From Chrysomallon squamiferum (Eukaryota; Animalia; Mollusca): DNA of 64,000 nt. Numbering within the stretch: the first letter of the stretch is position 1; the number at the start of each line of letters is the position of its first letter. Positions 40,232 through 55,004 of the stretch are shown in pieces. The notes beneath the pieces were generated by a model. It was not told the DNA's origin. It saw only the letters and a list, made by a program, of their open reading frames with translations, and searched no databases. A program made the position numbers and the translations under genes. The stretch lies in the NCBI GenBank assembly GCA_012295275.1, contig CM022665.1, positions 37,386,001 through 37,450,000 of the forward strand. The letters run 5' to 3'.

Positions 40232-40232
40232 T
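40155..40232. repeat. Compound (CT)n(GT)n microsatellite
   Basis: Direct inspection. Confidence 0.97.
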
Positions 40233-41336
40233 TTTCCTTCATTTCATTACAAATAAAATATCATATATTGTTAAAATATATGTTACCCGCATATGTGCTA
40301 TCATTACTGCAATCGTCATTAATGTGAAATCCGTTTATGTGTCGTTAAATACTAATTATTTATTTTTATTTTTACTATAATAAACGTTCAACCGCAAAAT
40401 ATTCATTAAATGAAAATTGAAGAAAGATAAATATTTTAAAATATTTAAAATTTCACGAACGTAAAACAAAATGCTGTCTTATATTTCATATTCTTCTAAT
40501 AATGTAGGTCATCGTTGAAACGAATGAAAATTTGACCTACTAAAATGATGAAAAGGCACAAGAAAACAAATAAATTAGAGAAAAAAAGAAAGAAAGAAAG
40601 AAAGAAAAAACGAAAAGTAATAGAAACCAAAATAGACCTCTGATTAAAAAGAATTTTTGTCATGTCAGTTTTTACTGTTCGTTAACCTGAAATTACTCTT
40701 TTCAACGTTTGTGATGAAAAAGGTTAGCGCTATGTGTTTACGACCAATAACTGCTTATTATCATTATCATTTGTGACGGTTCAAGAAAGACAACTCTTAC
40801 AGATGATCACTTCCGGTTTCTGAAATGTCGGAAATTAGGTATTCGTAACTTTATTACGAAAATTATATCAGACATTAAATCAAATTATATCAGACACTAA
40901 TGTCATATACATACATACATACTGGCACATAATAACGTGTTCACTGATATATATTCATCCACCTATACAAACATACGAACTATACATCTGCATAATGAAA
41001 ATGTATCATGATTTTTATTTTCCATTTCTTTTATCAACACAAAAAAGAGAATTAAACAAAATATACTAAAACATATAAACTTTTTTCTTCTTCATTTTCT
41101 TATTGTTGTTTTTATCTTTTCGCATCATTTTCTTTTTTTTGTTTTAAACAAATGAAGAACTTTCCTATTAATTTTCAGGATGTTAAGATAAAATCTTATT
41201 ACCGTCTCTTTTCTCTCACTTTTTAAAAACATACATCACTTCGTACATATATCATCTTGTACATATCGATTCAATTTTAATAATGTAACTAACAAAATTT
41301 AAAAAAAATAAAAATTAATAAATTGCATTCCATTCA

Positions 41337-41372
<36 letters not shown>

Positions 41373-42597
41373 CAGTGATTATTTTAGATATGTGAAAATA
41401 CGAACATCAGTGTTAGAGAACGAACGAAGACGTTTCTTTTCATGCAAAATGAAAATGTACGTCGGCTTCGGTTCGTAACAAAACATCAATAAAACAAAAT
41501 TACACTGACTTTTATTGGCGTTGCGCAAGTCGGTTCATTTCTTTTTATGTACTGACATAGGTGAGAACCAGCGAGGATTTTATTAACGAAACCTGTAGCA
41601 CGAGATGTCAATAGGAATGAGGCAATTATCTGTTATAAATGAACATCGTCTTGTACTGGAAAATTGAAATCGTTTGTTATTGACCCTTTCATTTTTTTTT
41701 TTTTTTTTTTTTCTCAACAATGCAATATTTTTTTGTTAAATATAATTGGGATGAGAGAGAGATTGAAAAAGATAGAGAAGGAAGAACAAACAAATAGAGC
41801 GAGAGAGAGAGATAAACAGACGAACAATAGAGACAGAAAGAGTATTTAATAATCTAAAATTATTTAAATTTCTTATATGTAATTAAATAATGTTTAAGAA
41901 TCTATAAAAAGCTTTGATTTGTATTTCTGTATTGCTAGTACAACTATTATTTAGTTTTGCAGTTCTTTCACTTTTCCTTTAAATATATATTTTGTGGTTA
42001 TTTATTTTTTTTTTTTGTATTTATTACATAATTTAATGCTAAATATAGATTCACAAATACTCACAAAATCCATACAAAAAAGCTTAAGAAAGAAAAAAGT
42101 GAAAGAAACAAAAATATAATAATAATAAAAAATAAATAAATAGATAGAAAGATAAGATTAAAAAAAACAAAAATAATAATAATAAATAGAAAAAATAAAT
42201 AAAAATAAATAAATAAATGGAATAGAAAAAAATATAAAATTATTATCGGATTTAATCTCCAGTTTACTGTTAAATCAAATTTCCTCCTCTCAGTGTTTAC
42301 CAAATCAGGTTTTCAAAGTTTTATCGAATACAAGAAACATGTTATTAGATTTCATTCAGATTTGTTTGTAGTCTGTCATTACTGATTTCGTCTATTTTAT
42401 TTTAACATGACAGCCAGGAAACAGTTCTGAAACCCGCTGTCATTAAATCTAGAAAATTTCATCATGGTAATTTTACTTCTGTGTCAAAATGTCACTGCTC
42501 CAATTATACCACTTTTAACATTAGCATGTTATATTTTAGAAACTTTGACGAAAAGATTACCTTTTGTTCAAATTGTTATAATAAAAGAGTATGAAAG

Positions 42598-42661
42598 AGT
42601 GTTTTGTTTAACGATGCAACTACAATACATTGATTAATTATCTGTTATCGTTTTGGGTTTT

Positions 42662-42692
<31 letters not shown>

Positions 42693-42840
42693 ATATCCAA
42701 TATTTATTATTTTTGACATAGAGTCTTTACAACAAACCCTGTATTAATTACAGATGGGAATTCTCGTATATTCACCTTTTCCCAGATAAAAAATAAGACG
42801 CGTTTGCATGTAGTAATTAGCACTATTTGGAATGAGTAAT
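42598..42840 (-). mobile_element. Highly degraded SINE copy (tail plus central domain), reverse orientation
   Basis: GTTTTGTTTAACGATGCAACTA...ACATTGATT...TTTTGACATAGAGTC...AAACCC...TATATTCACCTTTTCCCAGA...AGCACT..TTGGAATGAG resembles the reverse complement of the same SINE type, interrupted by poly-T. Confidence 0.45.
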
Positions 42841-43657
42841 AGGTTAGGTAGAGAAAACAAAAATACAGAGTGAATACATTATTATTATTAGTGATGATGA
42901 TGATGTTAATAATAATATTGATTGAGATAATATTTCTGGCAAAAAATCACCAAATTTATTCCGCTTAATTTTCAGTTAACATTTGAAACCTGTATAATAT
43001 GAAATAAGAAAAGTCAGTTTTGTTTAAAATTTTTGCCTTTTTCCATCCTTGAATTAGGAGGCAATACCAGATTTTAAACTAAGAGTTATATTAAGGACGT
43101 TTTATTCTGTTGCCGTTAATTTCTGTTACTGACACGTTGCAAGGATTTACAAATTACATGCTATATTAAGTATTATTGTTCTAGAATGAAACTATGTCTA
43201 AGGTCGAAATTGTAAGCTCTACAATATCCATATAACTGTACAAATCACGAGACTAACTATATTTATGTGGCGTCCGAAAAATAGAGACGACATTTTCATG
43301 TCAATTAATTAAGAACATTGCTCTGGTAATGTCGCAAGGTACTCGCAGGACCTCCAGGCTTTCCGTTAACAGTTTCCTTTATGGGATGGACTTAATTAGT
43401 GGTCACTGCTAAAGAAAAGAAATATTCCCATACAAACAGTATAATCAGTCCCTCTTGTAGAGAGAGTATTAGTGTCTCGTCATTAAAATGCACAAGGTCA
43501 TTGTACTTGAAAAACAGTTCGTTACAGTTACAGTGTGATCGAATTTCGAAGGATTTAGATACCAGTTTACGCTTTAATAAATTTTAAAATAATATGTGTA
43601 AAATTGTTAATTTAGTTGGGTTCTTTTCTTTAATCTAAAATGTTCGAGTCAAAGTAC

Positions 43658-44068
43658 ATGGAAAATAGTTTGTTATAGCTGAAGTCTGGTCGTATGTTAA
43701 AGGAGTTGATATTCATGAATATTTTAACTGTGTTAGAAGGTATTTATATAATTATTTAATTGAGAATATCCCTTTCTACAGTCATAAAATGTTCATACTC
43801 GTAATATATGGAAAACAATTTGCTATAGCTGAAGCATGGTCGTATTGTAAAGGATTTGATACTGATGTATGTTAAAAGGTATAGAAAGTATATATGCGAT
43901 TATTTTATTTAGAATGTCCCTTTCTTTAACCATAAAATCCCATCGCAACAGTTGCGAAGTGGTCGTATTTTAAAAGAGCTGATACTGATGTATGTTAAAA
44001 GATGTGTCAGAAATTATGTGTAAAGTTCTTTAATATATAAACATCCTTGTCTTTGTTCATTAAAATGT
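43658..44068. repeat. Degenerate tandem repeat, ~150-bp unit, 3 copies
   Basis: GAAG..TGGTCGTAT...AAAGGA.TTGATA.T.ATG.ATG...TCCCTTTCT...CATAAAAT recurs at ~43680, ~43830 and ~43955. Confidence 0.8.
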
Positions 44069-46855
44069 ACGTCTTTGTGGATAAACAGCTAGAACGGGTA
44101 CATTTTAAACTAATGTTTTATATGTTTGTATTCTACGGTTAAAAAATATTTATAATTATACAATGATTTTTGCGTTATATAGAAATATTAATTTCTCTGG
44201 CCATGAAAATATACATAGTTAAGACACTTGGTAATCCATTAATTTCTTCTGTACTACGATTGTGTTTTGTTTGATTGGCACTGGTGTGTTTTGTTTGGCA
44301 TGTGTAAATGTAAGGTAATATTTTCTGTTATATTAAACTATTTTCTCATATGTATAAGGATATACCGTATGTTTTGGAGTATTTCACTCATTTTTGTAAG
44401 TGTGTGTTTATGTTCAATGTATATTTGAAGAAAAAGACAAAAAGATTTTTATAACCTTAAAACAACAAGATGATGTATCATATAACAAAATGACGTATCT
44501 GTGTCTATCAGTGAAAAGGTGTATTATGTCATGTTTATGTGTAGAAGAAAAACTCTCATGTGAACAAAGAAAAAACATTGATTTACTAAGATACACACAT
44601 GTATATCACACACATACACAAACTCACATACACACAGAACCACTCTTACCTTATCTCATACACAAACTCACACATAAAAACACCAGACACATTTTACCAC
44701 AAATACTCACATAAAAAAATGAGCCAGTACCAAACCAAATAAGAAACATAACATTCACTATTATTGATTTCATAGTATATTTAGTTACTGAGTAAGATTT
44801 GCCAATAAATGTAGTTTTATCCCGTTGGCTTATTGGATTTCCTAACACAAAAATTACACCACCATAACAGAGGATGTTACGTTGAAGACAAAAAATTACT
44901 GGGTTTTTTTTCTTTCTTTTTCTTTTGTAACTGCACAGAAACAAATCAATACTGATATAAAAATGGCCTCCTTTTTTTTTCCTTCTTTGCTCTGTTGTGA
45001 AATTTTATTCGGCGAATTTTTTCATGCCCAAAAGAGAATTTCAATTTAAGACTTGTGAATTAATTTAACTCTGTGTGAAATTATATAACTTTTTCTTTTT
45101 ACGCTTCTCAGTTAACAAGTTTTGTTCTTTGTTTAAGCTTTTCTTTCCTTTTTTTCTGCTTTGTTTTTATGTTCATAACTGAGGTTAATCTTGCACTAGG
45201 ACGAATAACTATTAGGTTTAGTTTTTTTTGTTTATTTTCTTTTTGTTTTGTTTTCATTCTTGTTAGATTATGTTTTTACATTTAGGATCCATTTTTTTTT
45301 TTTTCTCCACTACTGTAGAACAAATAACTGTCAAATGAAATGAAATAAATAATAATAATAATCTACAGTACGTTAATATCATTAATTTAAAATAAAAATG
45401 CTTGAGATATTTCATTATATCTTTCAGTATTAATAACTTTTTATTTCCAAATACAACGAATTTTATATATACATAAACATATAAAAACAGTTATTTATAT
45501 TTTACTGAATAAATGAAACAAAATGATAAATCTTTGTTGTATCAATATAACAAGAGTTGTACAGAGAATGTAGTAATATTAAAAACCTATCAAAAATGAT
45601 TAACTGCAATACAGCAATGTTTATTTGCCTTGCACTTGTGTTTTCCAAAACTGTTTCTGTAAAATGACATTCTATTATCGACAGCCTAGTTACCCACTGA
45701 ACTAGAGTAACGTCTAAAAAAATAATATTAGTTATTTCTGACATCTCATAATATCACAAAAAACAAAAAAACCCAACTTAACTGGGAGCTAAATTTCTTT
45801 TTCAGGCATTTTTTGACGTATAATTAACTTATTTTCGTCCTTGTTCTTTTGTTTTTGATAACCATTAGAGGTAAAGATCCTCGTTTTTTATTAAAACGAC
45901 TAATAACAGTAATAACAATATTGCTGATAATATTATTTTAGAGACAGTAATATATCTAAAGCGCAGTATATTTTTATTATTATTATTGTTTTTTTTTATT
46001 CCTTCATGCATTATATTTGTGTTATTTCAACTTTGATTCTAGAATTTGATTTTGCTTTATTATTATTATTTTTTTTAACAAATTGAATTTCTTTCTCGCA
46101 TATATGATATATCGGAAAAGCTGTCCTTAATTTGCTAGGAAATGATTGTATATTTTTAATAATAATTTATTTATTTATTTATTAATTTATTTATTAATTT
46201 ATTTATTTTCTAATCATCATCATCATCATTATTATTTTATTTTTTTTCTTTATTTTTTTTCCTTATTTATTTATTTATTTATTTAAGTATTGTAGAGTAA
46301 AGTACACAACGTTGTGTTTGTCGTTGGTTTGATTTAAACTGTTATCAAAGTTACTGAAGTGCGTAAGACTCACAGACGCCTTTTAGAAGTGTGTGTCTGT
46401 GAATAATTCAAACTGCGCTCGACGCCGTGGTTCTCTGTTCCAAATCTGGTCATAAAGATTCGTCTGCTGACTGTTTCCCTTTTAGTTTTATTTGTCTACA
46501 GTGTCCAATCAGATCAGATAGTTCGATTCGGTTTGTTCCTAATCGTGATTACCAATATATTATTTCGTCTGTGGACTTTGTCTAGCTGATTGATCTACGT
46601 TTCATTGTATCGAATAGTTTTGTCTTCTTGTCTACCTCAGAAGTGTTGTCTTTTGAAATTCACACGTGTACAAGCTCATAACCCCGGTGCACACGGCAAG
46701 CACTCCCTACGTAAAATAGTGATATTAATTGTTTATATTTTATTGCGTATGCTTTGCGATTCTGCGCGCATATGATTCTTATTAATACAAAATCACATTG
46801 TGTTTATCGTATATAGAAGCTATTTTGTAATTTGTTCGTTCCACCAGATCGCATC

Positions 46856-46886
<31 letters not shown>

Positions 46887-48024
46887 TTCATATTATGTTA
46901 TTTATTTTTGACAGTTCTTTTACAAACCTATAATAAATAATTTATCCAAATTTCGCAAATGTTTCACTTCCAGTAACCAGTGTTAGAAAAAAAAAAAAAA
47001 AAAAAAAGAATAAACGTAATTTTTATCTTTTATCCTTTCCAGCCATGTAATGACTTACAATATTTAATGCCCGAGGGAGAGTTATGAGTGATGTGACCAG
47101 ATAAACCGTGTGTTCTCCGCACCCATTATTCTTAATCCTGAAAAGAGATAGAAAGTTTAATGTCTTCTATGGTCTACTTTGTGAGACATGCCAGAAAGAG
47201 CCGATTCAATTTTATTTGATTACAGATAAGGTTTTGTGTTGCAGTCATCAGTCCCATATGTTGTTTTTTTTGTTGTTTTTTCAAAAATTCTTGAAATTAC
47301 CATGGCTTATAAAACAAGACAGTATCTATTTAAATGTCAACAGAGAAAAATGTTCTTTGGGAAAATCTGAAATTTCGGAGATGCTGATCCATATTATTCT
47401 TCAAGCAGCAGTAATTTTTTTTTTTATATTACCGCAAGCCTCCATTTTGTGTAGCACTCTGAAACGCATTATCAGACGAGTTCACCAGTATTTCTAATCA
47501 CCTTAAGCTATGTGAAAAAGTCGTATCTTCAATCACGACATGTATGTGTCTGCGTGTGCGTGTGTGTGTGTGTCTAAGTAGTAAGATAAGAAATAAATGA
47601 CTCCACCTTGAGAAGTACAATTCAGTAATTAGTGTTGTAAAGAGTATCATATGACAACAACATACATTGCTCTAAAGGTGCACACAAAATTACAATGAAT
47701 TGTTGTCTATAGCGAAGACGTATTCATACATGTTCGATGAGATTTTAATGCCAAATTAATTCTGTTTCAGCATTTCAATTGATTTGAACTTTCCGTATGT
47801 AGCTTATCAATTAGAATTTAAATTTCTGTCGATACTAACATCCTAAATGAGCAAAAAATTCCAATTACTTTCTCCCTCGTTATCGGCTGATGTTTCTGCG
47901 TTCATATCACTGCTGATTTCCTGTACGGTTAGCACAGTCCACTTCTTAAACGTGTGGCTGAAAATAATATGAATAATCTTGTCATTTATACATTTACGTA
48001 TGTCTGTATGTCTGTATTATTATT

Positions 48025-48082
<58 letters not shown>

Positions 48083-49580
48083 TCCGTTTTTTTGCTTATT
48101 TATAAAGGTTTAAATAAACTTGTTTTATTTCAGTCAACAGAATGATAGTTAATATGCATTAAATCATAATATTCTATAGCTAAAACAACAGTCACTGAAC
48201 TGGTTTTTATATCTACTTAACTATCAAGCACGTAAAACGTGGAAGTAATCAAAAGATACAGTGTAATTTATCGTCCATCTCTTCTGTTGGCTATCATTTT
48301 TCAAACCTGTGGCACTGTGATGAAAAGTCCAGGGTTGTTAAAAAAATACAGTTTGGAAGTAAGCTTGAGTTGTTAACAGAAAACGGTATTAGTACTATTG
48401 CATTAGGTAATCAGTTAAAGGGAAATGAAGCTATAATAGTTTTACTCCTCCATACTTAACAGGCAGCACCGGGGTTCGATCTCATCTCCTATCATTTGTA
48501 TGCTCATTGTCTTAATAACTTAGTCACAGAGGCTGGTGTTGTGTTTGCCCAGGAGTCTAAAGCTCTCGTGCGGAAATCACATCTCTTGTGCAAAGACAGC
48601 ACTATTTCCGTCGTATTATCTTGTAAGAAGGAACTATTTAGTTCTGCATGCACTGTAAGCATCTGTCAAAAACGTATACAGTGAATAAAAAATGTAATGA
48701 AATCGGAAGAAATAAATCTCAACCATTAAGTCAGTGATGGATGCACAGATCCAACAAGCAACAATGTCACTAAAACCAGTTAAATCTATACGATATAAAA
48801 AAATAAAAATAAAAAGTAGAAATATAAATAAATGTCCCTTGTGAATTCAATTTCTGATAGTTAAGAAGAAGTTCTTAGATATGGATTTTATGTCATTCGG
48901 GATCTGGGACTGAAAAAATATTTAGGATTTAGCATGCGGTTGTTTAGAAGCCTTTTTGTATTAATAAAACTACAACAAGAATAACAAGAAATTGCTAAAA
49001 CCGGGCCTGTTTTCAAACAATTTAGATAACATTAATATACCATAATTATATATATGTATATCGTATTGCAGTAATGTCTACATAATTATATATTTAAATA
49101 TATGTACGAACATGTGAAGTTGGTGTGCATTTATATTCATTTATGTTTATACGTCTAACAAGATTGTCTTTGAATGGGAGACTCCACTCATTGTATTCAT
49201 TTCAGTTCCGTATTCACCTAGTTTTGTAATAATGGCTGAACTGAAACATGAAATTAAATCAGATTGAGTAATAATTCAATTTTAGTGAAAGCCAGAAGAT
49301 TGAGAGGCTGCTAATATCGCCCGGAAGATGTCGTCGTAGCGCCCTCTATAGACGGTTAGTTTATCGACGTCATTTATTAACAAGATCACTTAATTATGTT
49401 GCGCACAGACAGTACGTATATGTTATTGTTACAAAAGCTCGGGATACCGTAACCGTATCTTGGAGAAATGTCTGAAGGACCCCAACAAAAAGCTGTGACA
49501 GAAAAAAAAAAAATAACATAGAAAAAAAATCAACTGAAACAACAATAACAAACAAGAACAGCAGCAACAACGACAGCAAA

Positions 49581-49640
<60 letters not shown>
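49581..49640. repeat. (AAT)n microsatellite
   Basis: Direct inspection. Confidence 0.95.
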
Positions 49641-49769
49641 TATAATTACAATAAATGAACAAGTAAAATAAAATAAAAAATTAATTTTAATGAATACAGT
49701 CAGCTAGATGTATTTCCAGAGCGCAGGAAAGAAAATCAATCTTCTTCAGTGCGCCCTCTGGTTAATTTC

Positions 49770-49905
49770 TTGACCTAACCAGTGCTCCAAAACTGGTTTA
49801 TCAAAGACCGTACCCCCACGTCTATGGGAAGGTCACATCAACGATTCCTTGCTGCTAACTTACATTTTTTTAGCCCATAGCATGATAACAGCGGTGTATC
49901 TTCGC
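49770..49905 (+). mobile_element. Degraded SINE central domain (Meta/MESC-like)
   Basis: CCAGTGCTCCAAAACTGGTTTATCAAAGACCGT...GTCTATGGGAAGGT.ACAT...GATTCCTTGCTGCTAA...TAGCCCAT...ACAGCGG resembles the central domain of molluscan tRNA-derived SINEs. Recognised from memory, not searched. Confidence 0.6.
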
Positions 49906-50598
49906 ATTAGCTGCAGTGTCCTTTATTCACACAATATAACTGTAGATTAAACATGGGTTGAGCGTTCCAATAAAAAAAAAAAACTAAAAAATCAATTTTC
50001 TCTCTTTTCACTGTCATCTTTGTCTTTAATATTGCTGCATTTTTTCTTTTTCTTTTTTCGTATTGTTGTTTTTTCCTTTCTTTTCTTTATTTTTTATTTT
50101 CGTTTGTTATGATATTTAGATTTCATTAGTAATTTCCGCGAAAAGGTACTGGGAATTCATTCCATTATTAGATTGCTGTATTTTTTCTCGGTGATTTTTG
50201 CGGGTGTTGTTCATTTTTTTTTTTTTCTATTTATTTATTTTTTATTTACAAAAAAAAACAACATAATAATAGTAATAAATAAATAAATAAATAAAAATAA
50301 AATAAATAAAAAATAAGTAAAAGCAAAACAAAACGAAAAAAAACAAACAATTCGATCTCTTCAGCAGCTGAACGAATGTGACTTAATCTTCTGCTGTCAA
50401 AACGGAGGATCAGTGTGTTTGAAAATAATGGAAAGATTTCACGAATGAGCAGCAATATGCATTTAATTCTTATTAATGTGATCTCTTTGAGAGATCCCAG
50501 TTATTTTCGAAATGAAGTAATAATCTTACACGAGAGTAAGCAAACTGGTGTCTGTGTGAGTTTGTATGAAACATAAAATACACGCAGATATACATTCT

Positions 50599-50709
<111 letters not shown>

Positions 50710-51160
50710 GCCTCATTCTCTTTCTGTTCCTAATTTCACGAAGTTCCATCTCTCTCCTTTTTTTCTCGTGTATTTTCACTAATAAAATATATATGCCCTA
50801 GTAACATTCTGTTCATTCCTGTGTTTGTAAAATCTTTTGAAACGTCTTTCTAATTGGTATGTTGTGCTGCGAATCGTGTAACTTGATCAGTCTAATAAAG
50901 CGCTATGCTTTTCCAGCACGTGACAAATTAGGTTCTTTTGTGGTAGGTTATATTAGGACTGTGTGAAGAATCTATGACCAACAGTCAGAAAAAAGAAAGT
51001 TCTCGAAATGCACTTAGTGAGAGGTTAAATCTAATATTTTTGGGGCCCAAGGATGTTTACTGTTGTGACTTTTCTTTTTCTATTTTTACTTTATGGATAG
51101 AAATTGTCGTTTTGCCATTCGTTAACTGGCTTATTGGTTTTAAGCCAAAGATTCATTTTT

Positions 51161-51265
<105 letters not shown>

Positions 51266-52640
51266 TTTTGTGTTTTATGTTTACAGATGTAAGATATAGT
51301 TCACTGCTCTGTGGAACAGCAGGATCAATCCTTCTCGGTTCACTCAAGAATCTATTTCTAATCTTTGTCCATGAAATACCTTGTCAGCAGCAGTAATGTA
51401 CACTTTCTTCAGTAGCTCAGCTTTTTTGTTATTTGGTAAGCACTGTCCACTGAGTGCAATGAATTTTTCTCTCTCATATTACTATTAAACGTAGCTGATG
51501 TGATTAAAAAATTATAACCGCTAACATTAAAATGTACTGAAGTGTCTGTAATAAATATTAAATCCATAATTCATATATTCCCGTCACCAGATACATTCCA
51601 AATGAAAACTCTAGTCACACAGATGCAGAAAAGTAATAATTTATTTAACACCTTCAACAGATGAATTCTGAAAGAATGAAATAATAAACAAAGAAAATGA
51701 AGGAATAAAAAACAATAATAATAATTTTAAAATACTGTGTTAAGAGATGATCATAGATCATACAGCATTCATAGTGTAAAGTACTATTTTGCTTCTAATA
51801 ATAAACTTCATTAGTAAATATTTTAAATACGTTTTTATTGCGGAGGAAACAACATCTGACTGACATCACAACAGTTAAAGCACAGCGGAAATAATTTTAA
51901 TAAATCATATTAAAATGTCAATGTGGTAATTTCATAAATCTCAAATTCTATAAGTTATAAATCTGCAGATATTTTATGTAGGAAATAACGACAACACGAT
52001 ATTAAAATGTCATCATTGCTGTTATCAATACTCCACTGGTTTTCAGTTAAGGAGTGATGATTTCATAAATCTCATAAAAACCTAAATATTTTTGTGACAT
52101 AAAATGTTTTCCCTAACTAATCATGATTCCATAAATCTCTGTCACTAAGAGTGATACATTTCTGTTTTATTTGTGTAAAACTGTTTTGAAATCCTTATTA
52201 AACACGAATTATACTGGTGTGTTTTAATTTCAAGAACCTCCTGTGAATATCCATATATTTAAAACTCGAATTCGTCTCCATCATTTTTTTTTTCAGAATT
52301 GGAGAGTTACACTGGAGTTTTCTTCCATATCTAATCACTGTCCAGTTTAGCTTAAAACAAAACAAAACAAAAGATTCTACAACTACATTTTCGACGATTA
52401 ATTTTATACAATTTTCAGTGCAATTTTAAATTTAATAAACCGTTAGTAATTTTAAAAAACTATTACGGTTTATCCGTCAAATGCTAGAATAGCAATATAA
52501 AATAAAACATAATTTATAAATTGTGGAAACAATAATATACCCTCTCTGATATCAGTCGTAGCAGTTCATTTATCCTTTTTAACTTTCTTTAGGGCTGAAA
52601 ACAGATTTAAATTTAACTGAAGTTAACTTAAGACATTTAA

Positions 52641-52685
<45 letters not shown>

Positions 52686-55004
52686 TAGATTACCAATACA
52701 ATACTTGTTAAAAGATAATTAATTTAAAAACTGTGCAGAACAGTTTAAATTTGAGAAGGATTTTAAAAAAATCGTGTCAAACATAGCTATATATTTCATT
52801 ATAGAAATGATTTTTATATTACACATATGATAACAAGTTAATGGGTGTAACAAACATCCAATAAACCACTGTTATGTGTTGAAATTCTAAAGCATTTTGT
52901 AGTGTTACACGAAAATCATTTCAATTTGAAAACTCTTTTCATCTCAAAGATTTCATCACGTTTTCAGAAATCTGAAGTCCTTGCTTATATCAAGATATTT
53001 TAAATTATAACTGGTCAGAAAAACCCAGTTTGTAAAACACCTAACCAGTTTACGTTCCGGCAATATATTCGTGATAAACAAACAGGACTGGCAAAATTAA
53101 TTTAAAGGCAACATTCATATATTATGTACAGTTCTACTGTTAAAAACAAATGGCTTTTGGATACGATCATCATGATAATGTTGAAACACAGCTGCTCGTA
53201 TTTTTAATATTTTTTAAAAAGAGATCGTGCAAAACTGTAATAAATCAGAAATGCCAGACAACGGCTGGTATCTCACCACTGCATCTATTTGAAACGTTTT
53301 GCTGTTTAAAAGTATTAATATATCATCATCGTAACGGAAACAGAAATAATTGATTTTAAATATGTATTTCAGTTCACAGAGGTAAAGTTCGTTATGGTCA
53401 GGCTTCATTCAAATAATTGTGCAAAGGAAAGAGCATTGTAATGTTTTTTAATTCCAGGTTTCAAAAGATTTATGCCTTTTATTCCATGCTGTCAAAGATT
53501 ACTTCAAAATGAAAAACTGTTAAAAAGAAAAATAGTCCTTCTTGAAAGTGTTTTTTTTTTTTTTTTTTTTTTTTTGTTCTGTTCTCTCTTTCCTTTTTGA
53601 ATCAAGATATTTAACTGCACTGACATGTATTTTAAACAGTTATCCAAGGTGTGAAGGAATAATTATACGTTCACCATTTCTCTTATTTGCAGACAAAACA
53701 AAATATGCACATGCATATCCACTCCCTTCTTCCAAAATGTTAAGAATGAATAAGTAATCACAAATACTATAGTAAGTATTGCTTAAGTAATGTGCATGGA
53801 TTCTGTAAATTTCATTAAGTTGGTGTCGTATTTTCGTACAATCACAAATCAAAAAAATAAAAATTACTGGCCGATTCAGGAAACCCAGTTCTAATTTCCA
53901 AGTTCCCTTTGTGTCGGTTTTTTTTTTTTTTTTTTTTTTTCTCAGAGAATCTTCTAGAAATATTAATTATGACTTATTCAATGAAAAAAAATAAAAATAA
54001 ATAACTGATAAAAGAAACAGAAGGAAAATCATATTACTACAATAACTTATATCAGTCTAAAGTCAGTCATTAATATCAACTTCTATTCCAAAATAGAAAT
54101 TACAGTACATAATTCAGTAAATTAATTACATAAAAATCAAAATGTGCATAAATACCATATTGCAAGCATCTATTTTTTTTTATTATTATTATTATATATA
54201 TTTTTTTTAACATTTCATTTTGAATAACCGATCTTATTAAAGGGGATTTCCAGCCGCGTTTTCCATTAAAAAGAGGATATGTAATTAATTTTTTTTTTCT
54301 GAAATCTTTGCAACTCAGAATGCAACGTTGCAAAAAGCCCAGATTATGTATATTAGAGAATCCATACATATTATTGTTCTGGCGGTCATGTAACGTATAA
54401 CCACAAATTAAACTGAGTTCATCGATAACAACAGAAATTAAAGACGATTACTAACGCTGGCATGTGAATCAGGTTCCAGATTATAATGTCTATATTTGTG
54501 TCTGAGCGGAAGGTTACATTCAAGAAACATTTTGTATAACTAAAGGTCTAGGCCATGTTACTTGCGATTATAATTATTTACATTTAAAGGAATAATTTAA
54601 AGGTAACTTTTCGAAAATAATAAACAATAATTATAATAATTTAAAATGTCCACACAGTCCATAGAAAAGACTATTTCAGAATAATTTTCTAGCCAGTGCA
54701 TCCTTCTGTTTGTTGATTGCCAACACAATACAGTTATATTTCAGTTATTTGCCTTACAGTGTTACTGTCAGATCACAGTGACATTCCACGATAAAATTTA
54801 TTGTACATTAAACATTATGATAGATGTGTAAAATTACCGAATTAATTTATTCAAAATGAAAGCACTTGGTAATTCCAATCTTTTAAATATAGCTCGTGCG
54901 ACAAATATTTCGAGCTATGCAATCATTTCTGTAACAAAGATAGTTTTTGTTTTGTTTTGTTTTGTTTATTGTTTATCATTTGTGTCATTTAATTCCACAT
55001 TGCG

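Noticed and set aside
46370-46402. Hairpin TCACAGAC...GTCTGTGA
   Set aside because: Too short for a pre-miRNA, and I recognised no known mature miRNA; expected by chance.
48465-48490. B-box-like GGTTCGATC as a tRNA gene
   Set aside because: No cloverleaf or A box; at most a SINE head remnant.
54889-54918. 8-bp stem ATAGCTCG/CGAGCTAT in the TMEM151 3'UTR
   Set aside because: No SECIS or other known motif; chance-level inverted repeat.
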